Shown: positions 31,455 through 42,713, counted from the first letter of the stretch. The stretch is DNA of 64,000 nt from Bacteroidales bacterium (GCA_024694125.1 JAILKE010000024.1:5784-69783); one strand, 5' to 3'. The notes: generated by a model not told the origin, from the sequence alone. Made by a program: numbers and translations.

Positions 31455-31567
31455 AGATTCCAATCTACAAGATTCGCCAATTTGTACAAGGGATACTTTG
31501 AATCGAGCATAGACTCTAAATCCCAGAAAAGAGATGCCTGTCGGACGTTACCGGATGATTTATACGT
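31455..31567 (-). pseudogene. IS5-family transposase N-terminal remnant
   Basis: YKSSGNVRQASLFWDLESMLDSKYPLYKLANLVDWNLF resembles the IS5 N-terminus (HPLYKLA..IDW). The start appears decayed to ACG. Confidence 0.6.
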
Positions 31568-31657
31568 AGCTGAATTGCAAGTTTTTAAGGTGCAAAGATA
31601 CGAAAAAGTTTTGAAACTTTCTTCATTCAGGCTATGATAATTTACGTAACATCGTTT

Positions 31658-31843
31658 AATCGCATCAATTTTTCTCAAATGGCACGACTTTCTTCGTCGT
31701 GTGAGCAGCGTTTTCGTCAGAATTTCGAGAAAGAATTTGATTGGATTACGTTCAACAAGTTTTATCTGTCGATGTTACCATTGAAACGCATAGCCATAGC
31801 TATTGATCCAAGCTACATAACCAAATCCGGCAAATGTACACCG
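31658..31843 (+). pseudogene. DDE transposase fragment (IS701/IS4-like, Bacteroidetes type)
   Basis: RINFSQMAR...CEQRFRQNFEKEFD...IAIAIDPSYITKSGKCTP, truncated on both sides. Confidence 0.65.
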
Positions 31844-31896
31844 GTTTACTTTTCGACCATTTTTGCAGTACAATTGTTATTTATTGAGAATTCAAA

Positions 31897-32040
31897 ACGC
31901 GGTATATTTGCTAGAGCAAATATACCTTCTGTCGCACCTTCGGCGCTCGATACAATCTCCTACGTGCTACTGTGGGAAGCGGGGGCTCACGCCCCCGCCT
32001 GTATTCCCGCACACCTTCGGCGTGCTGCCTAACTGGAAAC
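31897..32040 (-). repeat. Multi-hairpin REP-like element, copy 3
   Basis: Same family as 6225-6367 and 10811-10953, with compensatory stem changes. Confidence 0.85.
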
Positions 32041-32393
32041 AGAGGAAAGAAAATGGTTAAGGGTCGTTATAGTTTAAGGTTTAATGGAGAACACAGTGAA
32101 GCAATATTTGGAATGTTTGAAGTCTCACAAAAAGGCGGTGTTATTAATGTAATTCAAGTTTCGCAAGTTTCCAACTTGCTCACTTTCAGCAAAGAAGGGG
32201 AGTAAGGAAAATTAAAAATTTATAGTTAAGAATTAAAAATGGGTAGTAAAAGTGACATTTGCTATTACTGGCGGGAGTTTTCAGGGATTGTTTGTATCGT
32301 CCCTTTTACTCCCCTTTTACTACTTTTTTTAGCCTTTCCCTACTCTCAACTGGAGCTTGCGAAAGTTGAGTAAATAATTTTGAACAACTACTT

Positions 32394-32432
32394 AAAAAGC
32401 TCCCTCCCTCGGAACAATCCGGGGGAGGGAGC
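32394..32432 (-). terminator. Intrinsic terminator downstream of glnA
   Basis: GCTCCCTCCC...GGGAGGGAGC hairpin followed by a T-run on the minus strand. Confidence 0.75.
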
Positions 32433-32688
32433 GCTGCTAAATACAGATAAAAAGTGTAACAATGACTTCGGGGGAATAGCTGCAATGGAGCATCCAGAGT
32501 CGGTAGGGAGTAGTCATCCAGCCCATGGTAAGACTACTGGGTATCGGCCTGTGGCTCACGTTGCAGAGCCTATGTGAGGAGGTGTGGTCCCGTCTGTAGC
32601 CGTCCAGCCCTTGGCACAGGAACGGGGTACCGCCAGACTTCGGCGCAGGTTGCCGCTTGGGGAGGTTCGGATTGGGGGGTACCTCCTA

Positions 32689-34878
32689 TCAGCGGATGAA
32701 GAGCAGTTCGCGATACTTAGGCAATGGCCAGAGTTCGTCGCAAACGGTCATCTCGAGGTGGTCAATCTCGTAGCGGATCTTGTCCATCAGCGGAATGACG
32801 TTGTCGTGGTAGGCGATAGCCTTCTCGCGCTCCGATGCAATGGCATTGGCCACCTTGCGACTCTCGACCAAAGCATAGACATACTCCTCGATGTGGTCGA
32901 TGCGCTGAGCAATCTCGCCGATGATGCGGCGGTTACGGTTGCAGAGGACGTCGGCCTGATCCGTAGGATAGATGCTGGCCATACCCTGTACCAACTTGAC
33001 CAGTTCGTACTGGTAGCGAGTGGCAGTAGGGATGATGTGGTTGAGCGATAGGTCGCCCAGCACGCGTGCCTCGATCTGAATCTTCTTGGTGTAGGTCTCC
33101 CACTTCACCTCGTTGCGGGCCTTGAGCTCGAACTCCTTCATGACGCCCATGCTCTCGAACATCTTGACCGAGTCGGCCGACAGATAGTTGTCGAACACAA
33201 CAGGGCACGATGTCTCGGTATCCAGTCCACGACGGGTAGCCTCCTTGACCCACTCATCGCTGTAGCCGTTGCCGTCGAAGTGGATAGGCTTGCAGGTGGC
33301 AATGTCCTCGCGGACGACCTTGACGATGGCGGCAAACTTGTCGGAGCCGGCAGCGATCAGGGCATCGACACGCTCCTTGAAGAGGGTGAGCGCCTCGGCT
33401 ACAGCCGTATTGAGGGCTATCATGGCCGATGCACAGTTGGCCTCCGAACCGACAGCGCGGAACTCAAAGCGGTTGCCCGTGAAGGCGAATGGAGAGGTAC
33501 GGTTGCGGTCCGTATTGTCGAGCATGATCTCGGGGATGACAGGGATATCGAGTTTCATCTTCTGCTTGCCCGAGAGGTTGAAGACATCCTCCTTGTCCGA
33601 CTTCTCGATAGCCTCGAGCAGGTCAGAGAGCTGCTTGCCCAGGAACGAAGAAACGATAGCCGGAGGTGCCTCGTTGGCGCCCAGACGGTGAGCGTTGGTA
33701 GCCGACATGATAGAGGCCTTGAGCAGGCCGTTGTGCTTATATACAGCCATCAGAGTCTCGACGATGAAGACGGCGAAACGCATGTTGTCCAATGGAGTCT
33801 TGCCAGGACCGTGCAGCAGAACGCCGGTGTCGGTGCTGAGCGACCAGTTGTTGTGCTTGCCCGAACCGTTGATGCCGGCAAATGGTTTCTCGTGCAGGAG
33901 GCAGCGGAAGCCGTGCTTGCGTGCGATGCGCTTCATCAGGGACATGAGCAACATATTGTGATCCACAGCCAGGTTGGTACCCTCGAAGATTGGGGCAATC
34001 TCAAACTGGTTAGGTGCTACCTCGTTGTGGCGGGTCTTGCATGGGATGCCCAGTTCCAGGGCGCGTATCTCCAGCTCCTTCATGAACTGCATGACACGCT
34101 CAGGGATGATGCCGAAGTAGTGGTCATCCATCTGCTGGTTCTTGGCCGAATCGTGACCCATCAGAGTGCGGCCGGTCAGTACCAGGTCAGGGCGGGCATT
34201 GTAGAGGTCCTCGTCAACGAGGAAGTACTCCTGCTCCCAGCCCAGGTTGGACTGCACCTTCTTCACATCAGGATAGAAGTAGTGGCAGACCTCGGTGGCA
34301 GCCTTATCTACAGCGCTCAGTGCGCGGAGCAATGGAGCCTTGTAGTCGAGCGCCTCGCCCGTGTAGCTGATGAAGATGGTAGGGATGCAGAGTGTGTCGT
34401 CGATGATGAATACAGGCGATGTAGGGTCCCAGGCAGAGTAGCCGCGGGCCTCGAATGTGGCGCGGATACCACCCGATGGGAACGATGAGGCATCAGGCTC
34501 CTGCTGCATCAGCAGCTTGCCCTCGAACTCCTCGATCATACCACCCTTGCCGTCGTGCTCGATGAATGCATCGTGCTTCTCGGCAGTGCCCTCGGTGAGA
34601 GGCTGGAACCAGTGCGTGTAGTGCGTCACTCCATTCTCCTGGGCCCACTGCTTCATACCGGCAGCCACAGCGTCAGCTATGGTACGGTCGAAGTCGGCAC
34701 CGTGGTCCATTACGTCGGTCATCTTGCGATATACGTCCGATGGAAGGTACTTGAACATCTTCGGACGGTCGAACACATACTTGCCAAAGTAGGTCGATGC
34801 CATCTCCTTGGGGATGGCCACTTCCAGTGGCTTCTTGCGGGATGCAGTTTCTACTGCATTGATTCTAAAGCTTCCCAT
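32689..34878 (-). CDS. glnA: Glutamine synthetase type III
   Basis: THYTHWFQPLT, QQEPDASSFPSGG, GWEQEYF, HNEVAPNQFE, NGSGKHNNWS and DRNRTSPFAFTGNRFEFR. Confidence 0.97.
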   Translation of the reverse strand: MGSFRINAVETASRKKPLEVAIPKEMASTYFGKYVFDRPKMFKYLPSDVYRKMTDVMDHGADFDRTIADAVAAGMKQWAQENGVTHYTHWFQPLTEGTAEKHDAFIEHDGKGGMIEEFEGKLLMQQEPDASSFPSGGIRATFEARGYSAWDPTSPVFIIDDTLCIPTIFISYTGEALDYKAPLLRALSAVDKAATEVCHYFYPDVKKVQSNLGWEQEYFLVDEDLYNARPDLVLTGRTLMGHDSAKNQQMDDHYFGIIPERVMQFMKELEIRALELGIPCKTRHNEVAPNQFEIAPIFEGTNLAVDHNMLLMSLMKRIARKHGFRCLLHEKPFAGINGSGKHNNWSLSTDTGVLLHGPGKTPLDNMRFAVFIVETLMAVYKHNGLLKASIMSATNAHRLGANEAPPAIVSSFLGKQLSDLLEAIEKSDKEDVFNLSGKQKMKLDIPVIPEIMLDNTDRNRTSPFAFTGNRFEFRAVGSEANCASAMIALNTAVAEALTLFKERVDALIAAGSDKFAAIVKVVREDIATCKPIHFDGNGYSDEWVKEATRRGLDTETSCPVVFDNYLSADSVKMFESMGVMKEFELKARNEVKWETYTKKIQIEARVLGDLSLNHIIPTATRYQYELVKLVQGMASIYPTDQADVLCNRNRRIIGEIAQRIDHIEEYVYALVESRKVANAIASEREKAIAYHDNVIPLMDKIRYEIDHLEMTVCDELWPLPKYRELLFIR

Positions 34879-35126
34879 AATCAATACTTTTTTATTTTAT
34901 GGTTGATGAATTCTTTAATGAGTAAAGGGTAAAGTGTAAAGTGTAAAGTGTAAAGGGTAAAGGGTAAAGTAAAAAAGATGGAGGGGAGGGGACATTAGTT
35001 TGTTCCGTACTTAAAAATGATTAGATTGTTGCGACCGATGTTTCTGTCGTCCCCTCCTCTCCTTTTTAATACTAATCCTTTTTTTTAATACTAATCCTTT
35101 TCCAGTTTTATTTTCGCCTTTCAAAC

Positions 35127-36356
35127 TTATAATTTCCACTTTTTGAGTCGTTCCATGGCCTCGAGGCAGTCTTCGCGCGAGCCGAACGCCGTGAGACGAA
35201 CATAACCCTCGCCCGATGGACCGAAGCCGGCACCTGGAGTGCAGACTATGCCGGTGGCGTAGAGCATCTCCTCGAAGAAGGTCCACGAACCGCTCTTGCC
35301 TGGAGTGCGCAGCCAGATGTAGGGGGCATTGACGCCGCCATAGACCGTGAGTCCCATGGCCGTGAGCGTCTCGCGCATCAGTCGGGCATTCTCCATGTAG
35401 TAGGCTATCTGCTCACGTATCTGCTGTTTGCCCTCGGGGGTGTAGATAGCCTCGGCAGCACGCTGTGAGATGTAGCTGGTACCGTTGAACTTGGTTGACT
35501 GGCGACGCTCCCACAGGTGGTTCAGCGTGACGCGTTGTCCGCTCAATGTCGTGGCAGCTACCTCCTTGGGTACGACGGTATAGCCGCAACGGATGCCGGT
35601 GAATCCAGCTGTCTTCGAGTAGGAGTGGAACTCGATGGCGCATTTCTTGGCGCCGCGTATCTCGTAGATACTGTGTGGGATGCCGTCCTCCTGGATGTAG
35701 GCCTCGTAGGCTGCATCGAACAGGATCAGAGCTTCCTCCTTGAGTGCGTACTTGACCCACTTCTCGAGCTGCGCCTTGGTGAGCGTGGTGCCCGTGGGGT
35801 TGTTCGGATAGCAGAGGTAGATGATGTCTATGCCTCGTTTGGGCAGTGCCGGGCAGAAATCGTTCTCGGCCGTGGTGGGCAGATAGGAGATGTCGCTCCA
35901 GATGCCGTCCTGGCAGATACCGGCACGACCAGCCATGGCGTTGCTGTCCACATAGACGGGATAGACCGGGTCCGTGACAGCTACTGAATTGTCCCAACGC
36001 AGGATGTCGCCTATGTTGCCCAGGTCGCTCTTGGCGCCGTCGCTGATGAAGATCTCCGAACTGTCGAGCCGCACACCTCGCGGCTGGAAATCGTTCTTGA
36101 TGATGGCGTCGCGCAGGAAGGCGTAGCCTCGCTCTGGACCGTAACCGTGGAAGGTCTCCGGTCGCGTCATCTCGTCGGTAGCCTCGTGTATGGCCTTGAT
36201 CACCGCCGGACACAGAGGTTGCGTTACATCGCCTATGCCCAGTGAGATGATTTTCTGTTTGGGATGCAGCACCTTGTAGGCATTGACTTTCTTTGCAATC
36301 TCGGCAAAGAGGTAGTTTTCTGACAGTTGCAAGAAGTGTTCGTTGACTAAAGCCAT
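35127..36356 (-). CDS. dapL: LL-diaminopimelate aminotransferase
   Basis: [32 protein letters not shown] and [14 protein letters not shown]. Confidence 0.96.
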   Translation of the reverse strand: MALVNEHFLQLSENYLFAEIAKKVNAYKVLHPKQKIISLGIGDVTQPLCPAVIKAIHEATDEMTRPETFHGYGPERGYAFLRDAIIKNDFQPRGVRLDSSEIFISDGAKSDLGNIGDILRWDNSVAVTDPVYPVYVDSNAMAGRAGICQDGIWSDISYLPTTAENDFCPALPKRGIDIIYLCYPNNPTGTTLTKAQLEKWVKYALKEEALILFDAAYEAYIQEDGIPHSIYEIRGAKKCAIEFHSYSKTAGFTGIRCGYTVVPKEVAATTLSGQRVTLNHLWERRQSTKFNGTSYISQRAAEAIYTPEGKQQIREQIAYYMENARLMRETLTAMGLTVYGGVNAPYIWLRTPGKSGSWTFFEEMLYATGIVCTPGAGFGPSGEGYVRLTAFGSREDCLEAMERLKKWKL

Positions 36357-36525
36357 TGTTGTAAATAGTTTTAAATGATTATTTGAGGCTGTTAGGTTCG
36401 ATGTTCCTGAGGCAGTATTGAATCGCTTGCCTGTCCCGGCTTGGTTTTCCCGTTGATTTTCCCGTTGATTGTTCCCGTAATAATAGTAACTTGCCTTGAA
36501 CTATAACCATAACAGCGCAGCGAAC

Positions 36526-37344
36526 TCATAGCCTGATCACGCCCTCGTAGGCAATCTCGGCAGGACCGGTCATGTATATATGGCCGTCCGCCTCGGACCA
36601 GTGGATGTGCAGCGTGCCGCCGTCCATCACTATGTCACTCTCCCGTCCTGCGTGACCCGTCAGGGATGCTGCTACGGCAGTGGCGCAGGCACCCGTGCCG
36701 CACGCCAGCGTGATGCCGCTGCCTCGTTCCCATACACGCATACGCAGTTTGCCGTCGGGCATCAGACTGACGAACTCGATGTTGCAACCATCGGCAAAAG
36801 CCTCATGACGAGTCAGGGCAGAACCGTATCGCTGAATATCGAAGTGCTCGACGTCCGACATGAAGACCACGAAGTGTGGATTGCCCATCGAGACGAACAT
36901 GCCCTCTATGCTGCGTACCTCCGTCTGGGTCAGGCTGAGGGTGAGCGGGTGCATATCAGCGGGGCGTCCCATATCGACGGTTACGTCACGAACCTCGCCG
37001 TCCGGGTTCAGGTTCAGGTGGAGTACCTTGATTCCCGCCAATGTCTGCAGTCGGATGTCGGTCCGGTCAGTGAGGTGGTAGTCGTGCAGGTAACGTGCCA
37101 CACATCGGGCACCATTGCCGCACATCATAGCCTCCGAGCCGTCGTTGTTGAAGATCCGCATCGAGAAGTCTGCATCCTCGCGGTCCGCCTGACCTATCAG
37201 TATCAGTCCGTCCGAACCAATCGAGTAGTGGTGCCGGCTCCATTGTCTGGAAGCTTCAGCGGGATCTGCAATGGGGTAGAGCATCGTGTTGACATAAATG
37301 TAATCGTTGCCTGCTCCGTGCATCTTGGTGAATCTGATGTCCAT
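36526..37344 (-). CDS. dapF: Diaminopimelate epimerase
   Basis: FTKMHGAGNDY, MCGNG, SMGNPH and ERGSGITLACGTGA. Confidence 0.97.
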   Translation of the reverse strand: MDIRFTKMHGAGNDYIYVNTMLYPIADPAEASRQWSRHHYSIGSDGLILIGQADREDADFSMRIFNNDGSEAMMCGNGARCVARYLHDYHLTDRTDIRLQTLAGIKVLHLNLNPDGEVRDVTVDMGRPADMHPLTLSLTQTEVRSIEGMFVSMGNPHFVVFMSDVEHFDIQRYGSALTRHEAFADGCNIEFVSLMPDGKLRMRVWERGSGITLACGTGACATAVAASLTGHAGRESDIVMDGGTLHIHWSEADGHIYMTGPAEIAYEGVIRL

Positions 37345-37453
37345 CTGTTCGCTGTCTTTAGATATTTAAATGTATGAGTCTCAGCGCCGAGGCGCCGAGT
37401 GGAGAGAGAGTTGCCGTAAGGCGAATGAGTATAGAGTTTCGCTTTTGACGGTG

Positions 37454-37677
37454 CAAAGATAGCAAAAGTTCTGCAAATACGCAAATAATGTGGCAAAAAT
37501 ATATGGAAAATATCAAAAGAATTACAAAAAGTTACAAAAGTGAAAGCATAATACATAAAAACTAAATAATTTTGCAATTATTCTGCCCAAAATACTTGCA
37601 AAATGCCACCGTCTGACAAAAGTATAGAAAAAGTATAGTCCAAACATTGAATATTATGACAAAATGCAATACCTTTG
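37454..37677. promoter_or_regulatory. Divergent promoters for dapF-dapL-glnA and pyrG
   Basis: -7 boxes TATCTTTG on the minus strand (37454-61) and TACCTTTG on the plus strand (37670-77), in an AT-rich spacer. Confidence 0.65.
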
Positions 37678-37719
37678 CACCGAAAATAAACAAAATGCAA
37701 GTTATTTATATATTATTAT

Positions 37720-39324
37720 ATGAGACGCGAAACATCGTATATTTTTGTGACGGGAGGAGTGGTTTCCTCATTAGGTAAAGGTATTTTGTCATCGAGCATC
37801 GGCAAGTTGCTCCAGGAACACGGCTACAGGATCACCATACAGAAGTTCGATCCATACATCAACATTGACCCGGGAACACTGAATCCCTATGAACACGGTG
37901 AGTGCTACGTGACGGTGGATGGAATGGAGACGGACCTGGACCTGGGCCACTACGAACGATTCACAGATATACATACTACGCGTGGCAATTCGGTCACCAC
38001 CGGACGCATCTACCAGACCGTGATAGACAAGGAGCGCCGGGGAGACTATCTGGGCAAGACCATTCAAGTGGTACCTCACATCACCGACGAGATCAAGCGC
38101 CGCATGCTGCGCGAGGACGACAAGACGGAGTACGACTTCGTCATCACCGAGATAGGCGGTACCATAGGCGACATAGAGAGCGCCCCGTTCATGGAGGCCG
38201 TGCGACAGCTCAAGTGGGAGCTGGGCCAACGGGCACTGTCAGTGCATCTGACCTACGTTCCCTACCTGCGTGCTGCGGGTGAGGTCAAGACCAAGCCCAC
38301 ACAGCATTCGGTCAAGGAACTGCAGGGCATGGGCATCCAGCCCGATGTGCTGGTGCTGCGTACCGAACAACATCTGGAGGAATCGGTGCTGCGCAAGGTA
38401 GCCTCGTTCTGCAACGTGAGCCAGGATGCCGTGATGCAGAGCGAAGACCTGCCGAGCATCTATCAGGTGCCGGTGCACATGATGGAACAGGGCCTGGACC
38501 GCATCATACTGCAGAAGATGGGCAAGGAATGTCGTCAGGATGCTGACCTCACAGAGTGGAAGCGCGTGCTCCATATGCAGCAGTCCGCCACAGCGCAGCG
38601 CACCGTGGCACTGGTAGGCAAGTACGACCTGCAGGATGCCTACAAGAGCATACGCGAGAGTCTCAACATAGCCGGTATATATAATGGTGTGAAGGTCCAC
38701 CTCAAGTTCGTCAACAGTGAGTTGCTCTCCCCGATGACCATCGAGTCAGAGTTGGACGATGTGGATGGCATAGTCATCTGCCCGGGCTTCGGCCAGCGAG
38801 GCATAGAGGGCAAGATACTGGCAGCACAGTATGCACGTACGCACGACATTCCAACCTTCGGCATCTGCCTGGGTATGCAGATGATGGTGATAGAGTTCGC
38901 CCGCGACGTGCTGGGATATGCCGATGCAGACAGCCGCGAGATGAATGCCGAGACACCGCACAACGTGATCGACATCATGGAGAACCAGAAGAACCTCACA
39001 CAGATGGGCGGCACGATGCGACTGGGAGCCTACGACTGTACCCTGTCGCCCGACAGCAAGGTGCGCGCCATCTATGGCCAACCTGTGGTACGTGAGCGTC
39101 ACCGCCACCGCTATGAGTTCAACAGTGCCTACACCGAGGCATACGAACAGGCTGGCATGCTCTGCGTGGGACGCAACCCCGACAGCCATCTGGTCGAGAT
39201 AGTGGAGATACCGCAGTTGCGCTGGTACATCGGCACGCAGTTCCACCCCGAGTATTCGAGCACGGTACTGCATCCACACCCACTTTTCGTTTCGTTCCTG
39301 CAGGCTTGTGCAGGGGCAGAGTGA
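37720..39324 (+). CDS. pyrG: CTP synthase
   Basis: FVTGGVVSSLGKG, KTKPTQHSV, GICLGMQ, ERHRHRYE and QFHPE. Confidence 0.97.
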   Translation: MRRETSYIFVTGGVVSSLGKGILSSSIGKLLQEHGYRITIQKFDPYINIDPGTLNPYEHGECYVTVDGMETDLDLGHYERFTDIHTTRGNSVTTGRIYQTVIDKERRGDYLGKTIQVVPHITDEIKRRMLREDDKTEYDFVITEIGGTIGDIESAPFMEAVRQLKWELGQRALSVHLTYVPYLRAAGEVKTKPTQHSVKELQGMGIQPDVLVLRTEQHLEESVLRKVASFCNVSQDAVMQSEDLPSIYQVPVHMMEQGLDRIILQKMGKECRQDADLTEWKRVLHMQQSATAQRTVALVGKYDLQDAYKSIRESLNIAGIYNGVKVHLKFVNSELLSPMTIESELDDVDGIVICPGFGQRGIEGKILAAQYARTHDIPTFGICLGMQMMVIEFARDVLGYADADSREMNAETPHNVIDIMENQKNLTQMGGTMRLGAYDCTLSPDSKVRAIYGQPVVRERHRHRYEFNSAYTEAYEQAGMLCVGRNPDSHLVEIVEIPQLRWYIGTQFHPEYSSTVLHPHPLFVSFLQACAGAE

Positions 39325-39549
39325 AGAGGGGACAACGACTGACCGGGACGGGCATCTATCCCGGCAGTCTGAACCGAAATGGTTTGTTCTACAGGGCCGA
39401 TGGGCCCGAGACATTGAGCATAAATAAAAAAGAGAGATATTAAAGAGAGTATAAAAGAGAGAGACGTTGCGGTAAGGTAACTGACGAGAGATTCGCTCGC
39501 GTTTGACAAGTTATTCAATTTTTTTATTCACCTCAAAATTAATTGCGTT

Positions 39550-39897
39550 ATGAAAAGGATTGAAGCAATTATTCGCAAGACGAAGTTTGACGAGGTCAAA
39601 GAGGCCTTGCTCAACTCCGACATCAACTGGTTTGAATACCACGACGTGCATGGCATCGGCCAGAGTCGTGAGGAGCGTATCTATCGAGGCGTACAGTATT
39701 CTACCGACGTGATTGAACGTGTTGCCATCACTATCGTGTGCCGCAACCAGTTCGTTGATTCCACCATCAAGGCTATCATCTCGACGGCGCAGACTGGTGA
39801 AGTGGGCGACGGACGAATCTTTGTCAGTGAGATGGTCGATACCTGGAGCATCCGCACAGGTGAACATGGTGATGACGTACTCCGTGATAAGAAGTAA
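39550..39897 (+). CDS. glnB: P-II nitrogen regulatory protein (GlnB/GlnK)
   Basis: MKRIEAIIR, IYRG and TGEVGDGRIFV. Lies upstream of amtB. Confidence 0.9.
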   Translation: MKRIEAIIRKTKFDEVKEALLNSDINWFEYHDVHGIGQSREERIYRGVQYSTDVIERVAITIVCRNQFVDSTIKAIISTAQTGEVGDGRIFVSEMVDTWSIRTGEHGDDVLRDKK

Positions 39898-40130
39898 TTA
39901 AGGTATTGTTTAATTTCGTAGGGACTCAGATTGGGAAAACTATTTTAATAATAAGGAGTTAAAGGAGACAGTAACGGCAATAAAGTCAATGACTATAGGA
40001 ACGTCAATGATGTAAGGAACGATAGTAACGACACTACTCATTACTCTCTACCCTTTACTCATTACCCATTACTCTTTACTCATTACCCTTTACTCATTAC
40101 TCTCTATTCCCTACACAAATATTTACTATT

Positions 40131-41384
40131 ATGAACGATATTTCACTTTCTCTCGATACAGTATGGATGTTGCTGGCTGCAATGTTGGTCTTCTGGATGC
40201 AACCTGGTTTTGCACTGTGTGAAGCAGGTTTTACCCGCAGCAAAAACACCGCAAATATCTTGTTCAAGAACTTCGTCGATTTCATCTTAGGTTCGTTGCT
40301 CTTCTGGTTGGCAGGTTTCGGCATCATGCACGGATCGAATGGTGAGGGTTTCATGGGAATGCCCAACTGGGGCGATCTCACATTCTATAGCGGCGACCTG
40401 CCGGTGGAGGGCTTCCTGATGTTCCACACCGTATTCTGCGCCACAGCCGCCACGATCGTTTCGGGCGCCATGGCAGAGCGTACCAAGTTCTCCATGTATG
40501 TGATCTACAGCGCTATCATCTCGCTCTTCATCTACCCCATCGAGGGTCACTGGACCTGGGGTGGAGGTTGGCTCTGCAACGGCGCAGATGGCAGCTTCAT
40601 GATGGAGACATTCGGCGCAACGTTCCACGACTTTGCCGGTTCGGCCATCGTACATAGCGTGGGTGGCGTATTGGCACTGGTAGGCGCTATCTTCCTGGGT
40701 GCACGCCGTGGCAAGTATGCTGCTGATGGCAGCAGCCGTGCCATCCCTGGTCACTCACTCACACTGGCTGCCCTGGGCGTCTTCATCCTGTGGTTGGGTT
40801 GGTTCGGTTTCAACCCTGGTTCACAGCTTGCAGCATCAGGCGAAGTCAACCGTACAGCCATCAGCCACGTATTGCTCACCACCAATCTGGCAGCTGCTGC
40901 AGGTGGTCTGGGTACCATGATCGTAACGTGGATCAAGTATCGCAAGCCATCGCTCTCACTGACTCTGAATGGTGTATTGGCCGGTCTGGTCGGTATCACA
41001 GCTGGTTGTGACCTCGTTTCGCCTGTAGGCGCCGTCATCATCGGTCTGGTATGCGGCATCGTGCTGGTATTCAGCATTGAGTTCATCGATCACCGTCTGC
41101 ACATTGACGATCCTGTAGGTGCCAGCAGCGTACACGGTGTGTGCGGTATCCTGGGTACCCTGATGACCGGTCTGCTTGCAGTGGATGGCGGACTCTTCTA
41201 TGGCGACGGTTGGGGCTTCTTCGGCGCACAGGCTTTCGGTGTATTGATCATCGACCTCTGGGCTGCTGTATGTGGCGTGATCCTGTTCGGCGCTATCAAG
41301 AAACTGCACGGTCTGCGTGTCGATTCCCGTATCGAGGAGGAGGGCCTGGATGTGTACGAGCACGGAGAAAGCTGTTACAACTAA
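40131..41384 (+). CDS. amtB: Ammonium transporter
   Basis: MQPGFALCEAG, DFAGSAIVH, WFGFNPGS, IDDPVGASSVHG and GLDVYEHGE. Confidence 0.96.
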   Translation: MNDISLSLDTVWMLLAAMLVFWMQPGFALCEAGFTRSKNTANILFKNFVDFILGSLLFWLAGFGIMHGSNGEGFMGMPNWGDLTFYSGDLPVEGFLMFHTVFCATAATIVSGAMAERTKFSMYVIYSAIISLFIYPIEGHWTWGGGWLCNGADGSFMMETFGATFHDFAGSAIVHSVGGVLALVGAIFLGARRGKYAADGSSRAIPGHSLTLAALGVFILWLGWFGFNPGSQLAASGEVNRTAISHVLLTTNLAAAAGGLGTMIVTWIKYRKPSLSLTLNGVLAGLVGITAGCDLVSPVGAVIIGLVCGIVLVFSIEFIDHRLHIDDPVGASSVHGVCGILGTLMTGLLAVDGGLFYGDGWGFFGAQAFGVLIIDLWAAVCGVILFGAIKKLHGLRVDSRIEEEGLDVYEHGESCYN

Positions 41385-41651
41385 TCGCTCTGGAGAGCGA
41401 ACGGTTGTAAAATTAAAAGTTAACAATTAAAAATTACCCTTCGGCGCGATGCCTTTGGCAATTATAATTAAAAGTTAACAATTAACAATGAAAAATTAAT
41501 TCCCCGCGGAAGATTCTTTAAAAATAAAGGAGTTAACGGGCAATGAAATAACTTGCATTAGGGAAAATGGATTAAATCACGGATTGTCCGTTAACTTCTA
41601 TTTTACTATTAACTACTCTTTATAAATTACTCTAAACAATTGAATTGCGTT

Positions 41652-42341
41652 ATGAAAAAGTATATGGTTATCATGCTGGCAGCTGCCATGGCAGTTGCAG
41701 CCGAAGCACAAGATAAGACAGAGGTTACATTGGGCACCGACTTGGTGAGCAGTTATATATGGCGTGGACAGGAACTGGGCGACGTGAGCCTGCAACCTGC
41801 ATTGGGTGTGAGTCGCGCAGGACTGAGCCTCTCTGCCTGGGGAAGTGTCGGACTGTCAGACCCATCGGATGCCAAGGAGTTGGACCTGACCCTGGCCTAC
41901 AGCGTGGGCGGACTGAACGTAGGTGTGACCGACTACTGGTTCAGCGTCGGCAACTACTTCGACTACGCCGCACACACCACTACCCATGTGTGGGAGGCCA
42001 ATGTAGGTTACGACTTCGGTCCCCTCAGTGCACAGTGGTACACCAACATAGCCGGCGATGACGGTGTCAACGAGGATGGCGACCGCGCCTACTCCAGCTA
42101 CCTCGAACTGGCTGCACCCTTCACCCTGGGTGAAGTGGACTGGACCGCTTCGGTCGGAGTCGTACCCTTTGCCACCTCGTTCTATGGTACCGACGGCTTT
42201 GCAGTGACCCACCTCGGTCTGCGAGCCTCCAAGCAGCTCAGCACCTCGGAGAGTTTCTCGCTCCCCATTTACGCTGGCTTGTCGGCCAATCCTTGCAGCG
42301 AGCGGATGTACTTCTACGTAGGCATCAGCCTGGGTCTGTGA
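41652..42341 (+). CDS. Outer-membrane beta-barrel protein (TorF/Gcw_chp-like putative porin)
   Basis: Signal peptide, DLVSSYIWRG, ELDL, TDYWF, alternating beta-strand pattern and C-terminal YVGISLGL. Confidence 0.7.
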   Translation: MKKYMVIMLAAAMAVAAEAQDKTEVTLGTDLVSSYIWRGQELGDVSLQPALGVSRAGLSLSAWGSVGLSDPSDAKELDLTLAYSVGGLNVGVTDYWFSVGNYFDYAAHTTTHVWEANVGYDFGPLSAQWYTNIAGDDGVNEDGDRAYSSYLELAAPFTLGEVDWTASVGVVPFATSFYGTDGFAVTHLGLRASKQLSTSESFSLPIYAGLSANPCSERMYFYVGISLGL

Positions 42342-42713
42342 CCCGCCCGCCTCAGTTCATCGCACCTCACAGTCACCCACGGGGTACTGTGAGGTATCGA
42401 TGACAGTGCGAACGGTCCGCCGTTGCTACCCGATCAGAGTACGCTTCGTGTACGATGAGGTAGGGATGACCAATCGCACACCAATCGCATTCCAATCGCA
42501 CACCAATCGCACTCTCAACGTAGGGACAGCGCATTGGTTATTGTAGCAGATTGGACCAATAAACAGTCATGAAAAACCTGTAACAGGAAATATAGATAAA
42601 AAATGTAATTAATAATCGGAACATAGAACCCTTGGTCCTTTGTACTTAGTAACTTGGTCCTTTGTACTTAGTAACATGGTCCTTTGTACTTTGTTCCTTA
42701 GTCCCTTAAAATT

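Noticed and set aside
42358-42403. Riboswitch or terminator downstream of the barrel gene
   Set aside because: A strong hairpin is present, but it has no U-tract and no recognisable aptamer, so function cannot be supported.
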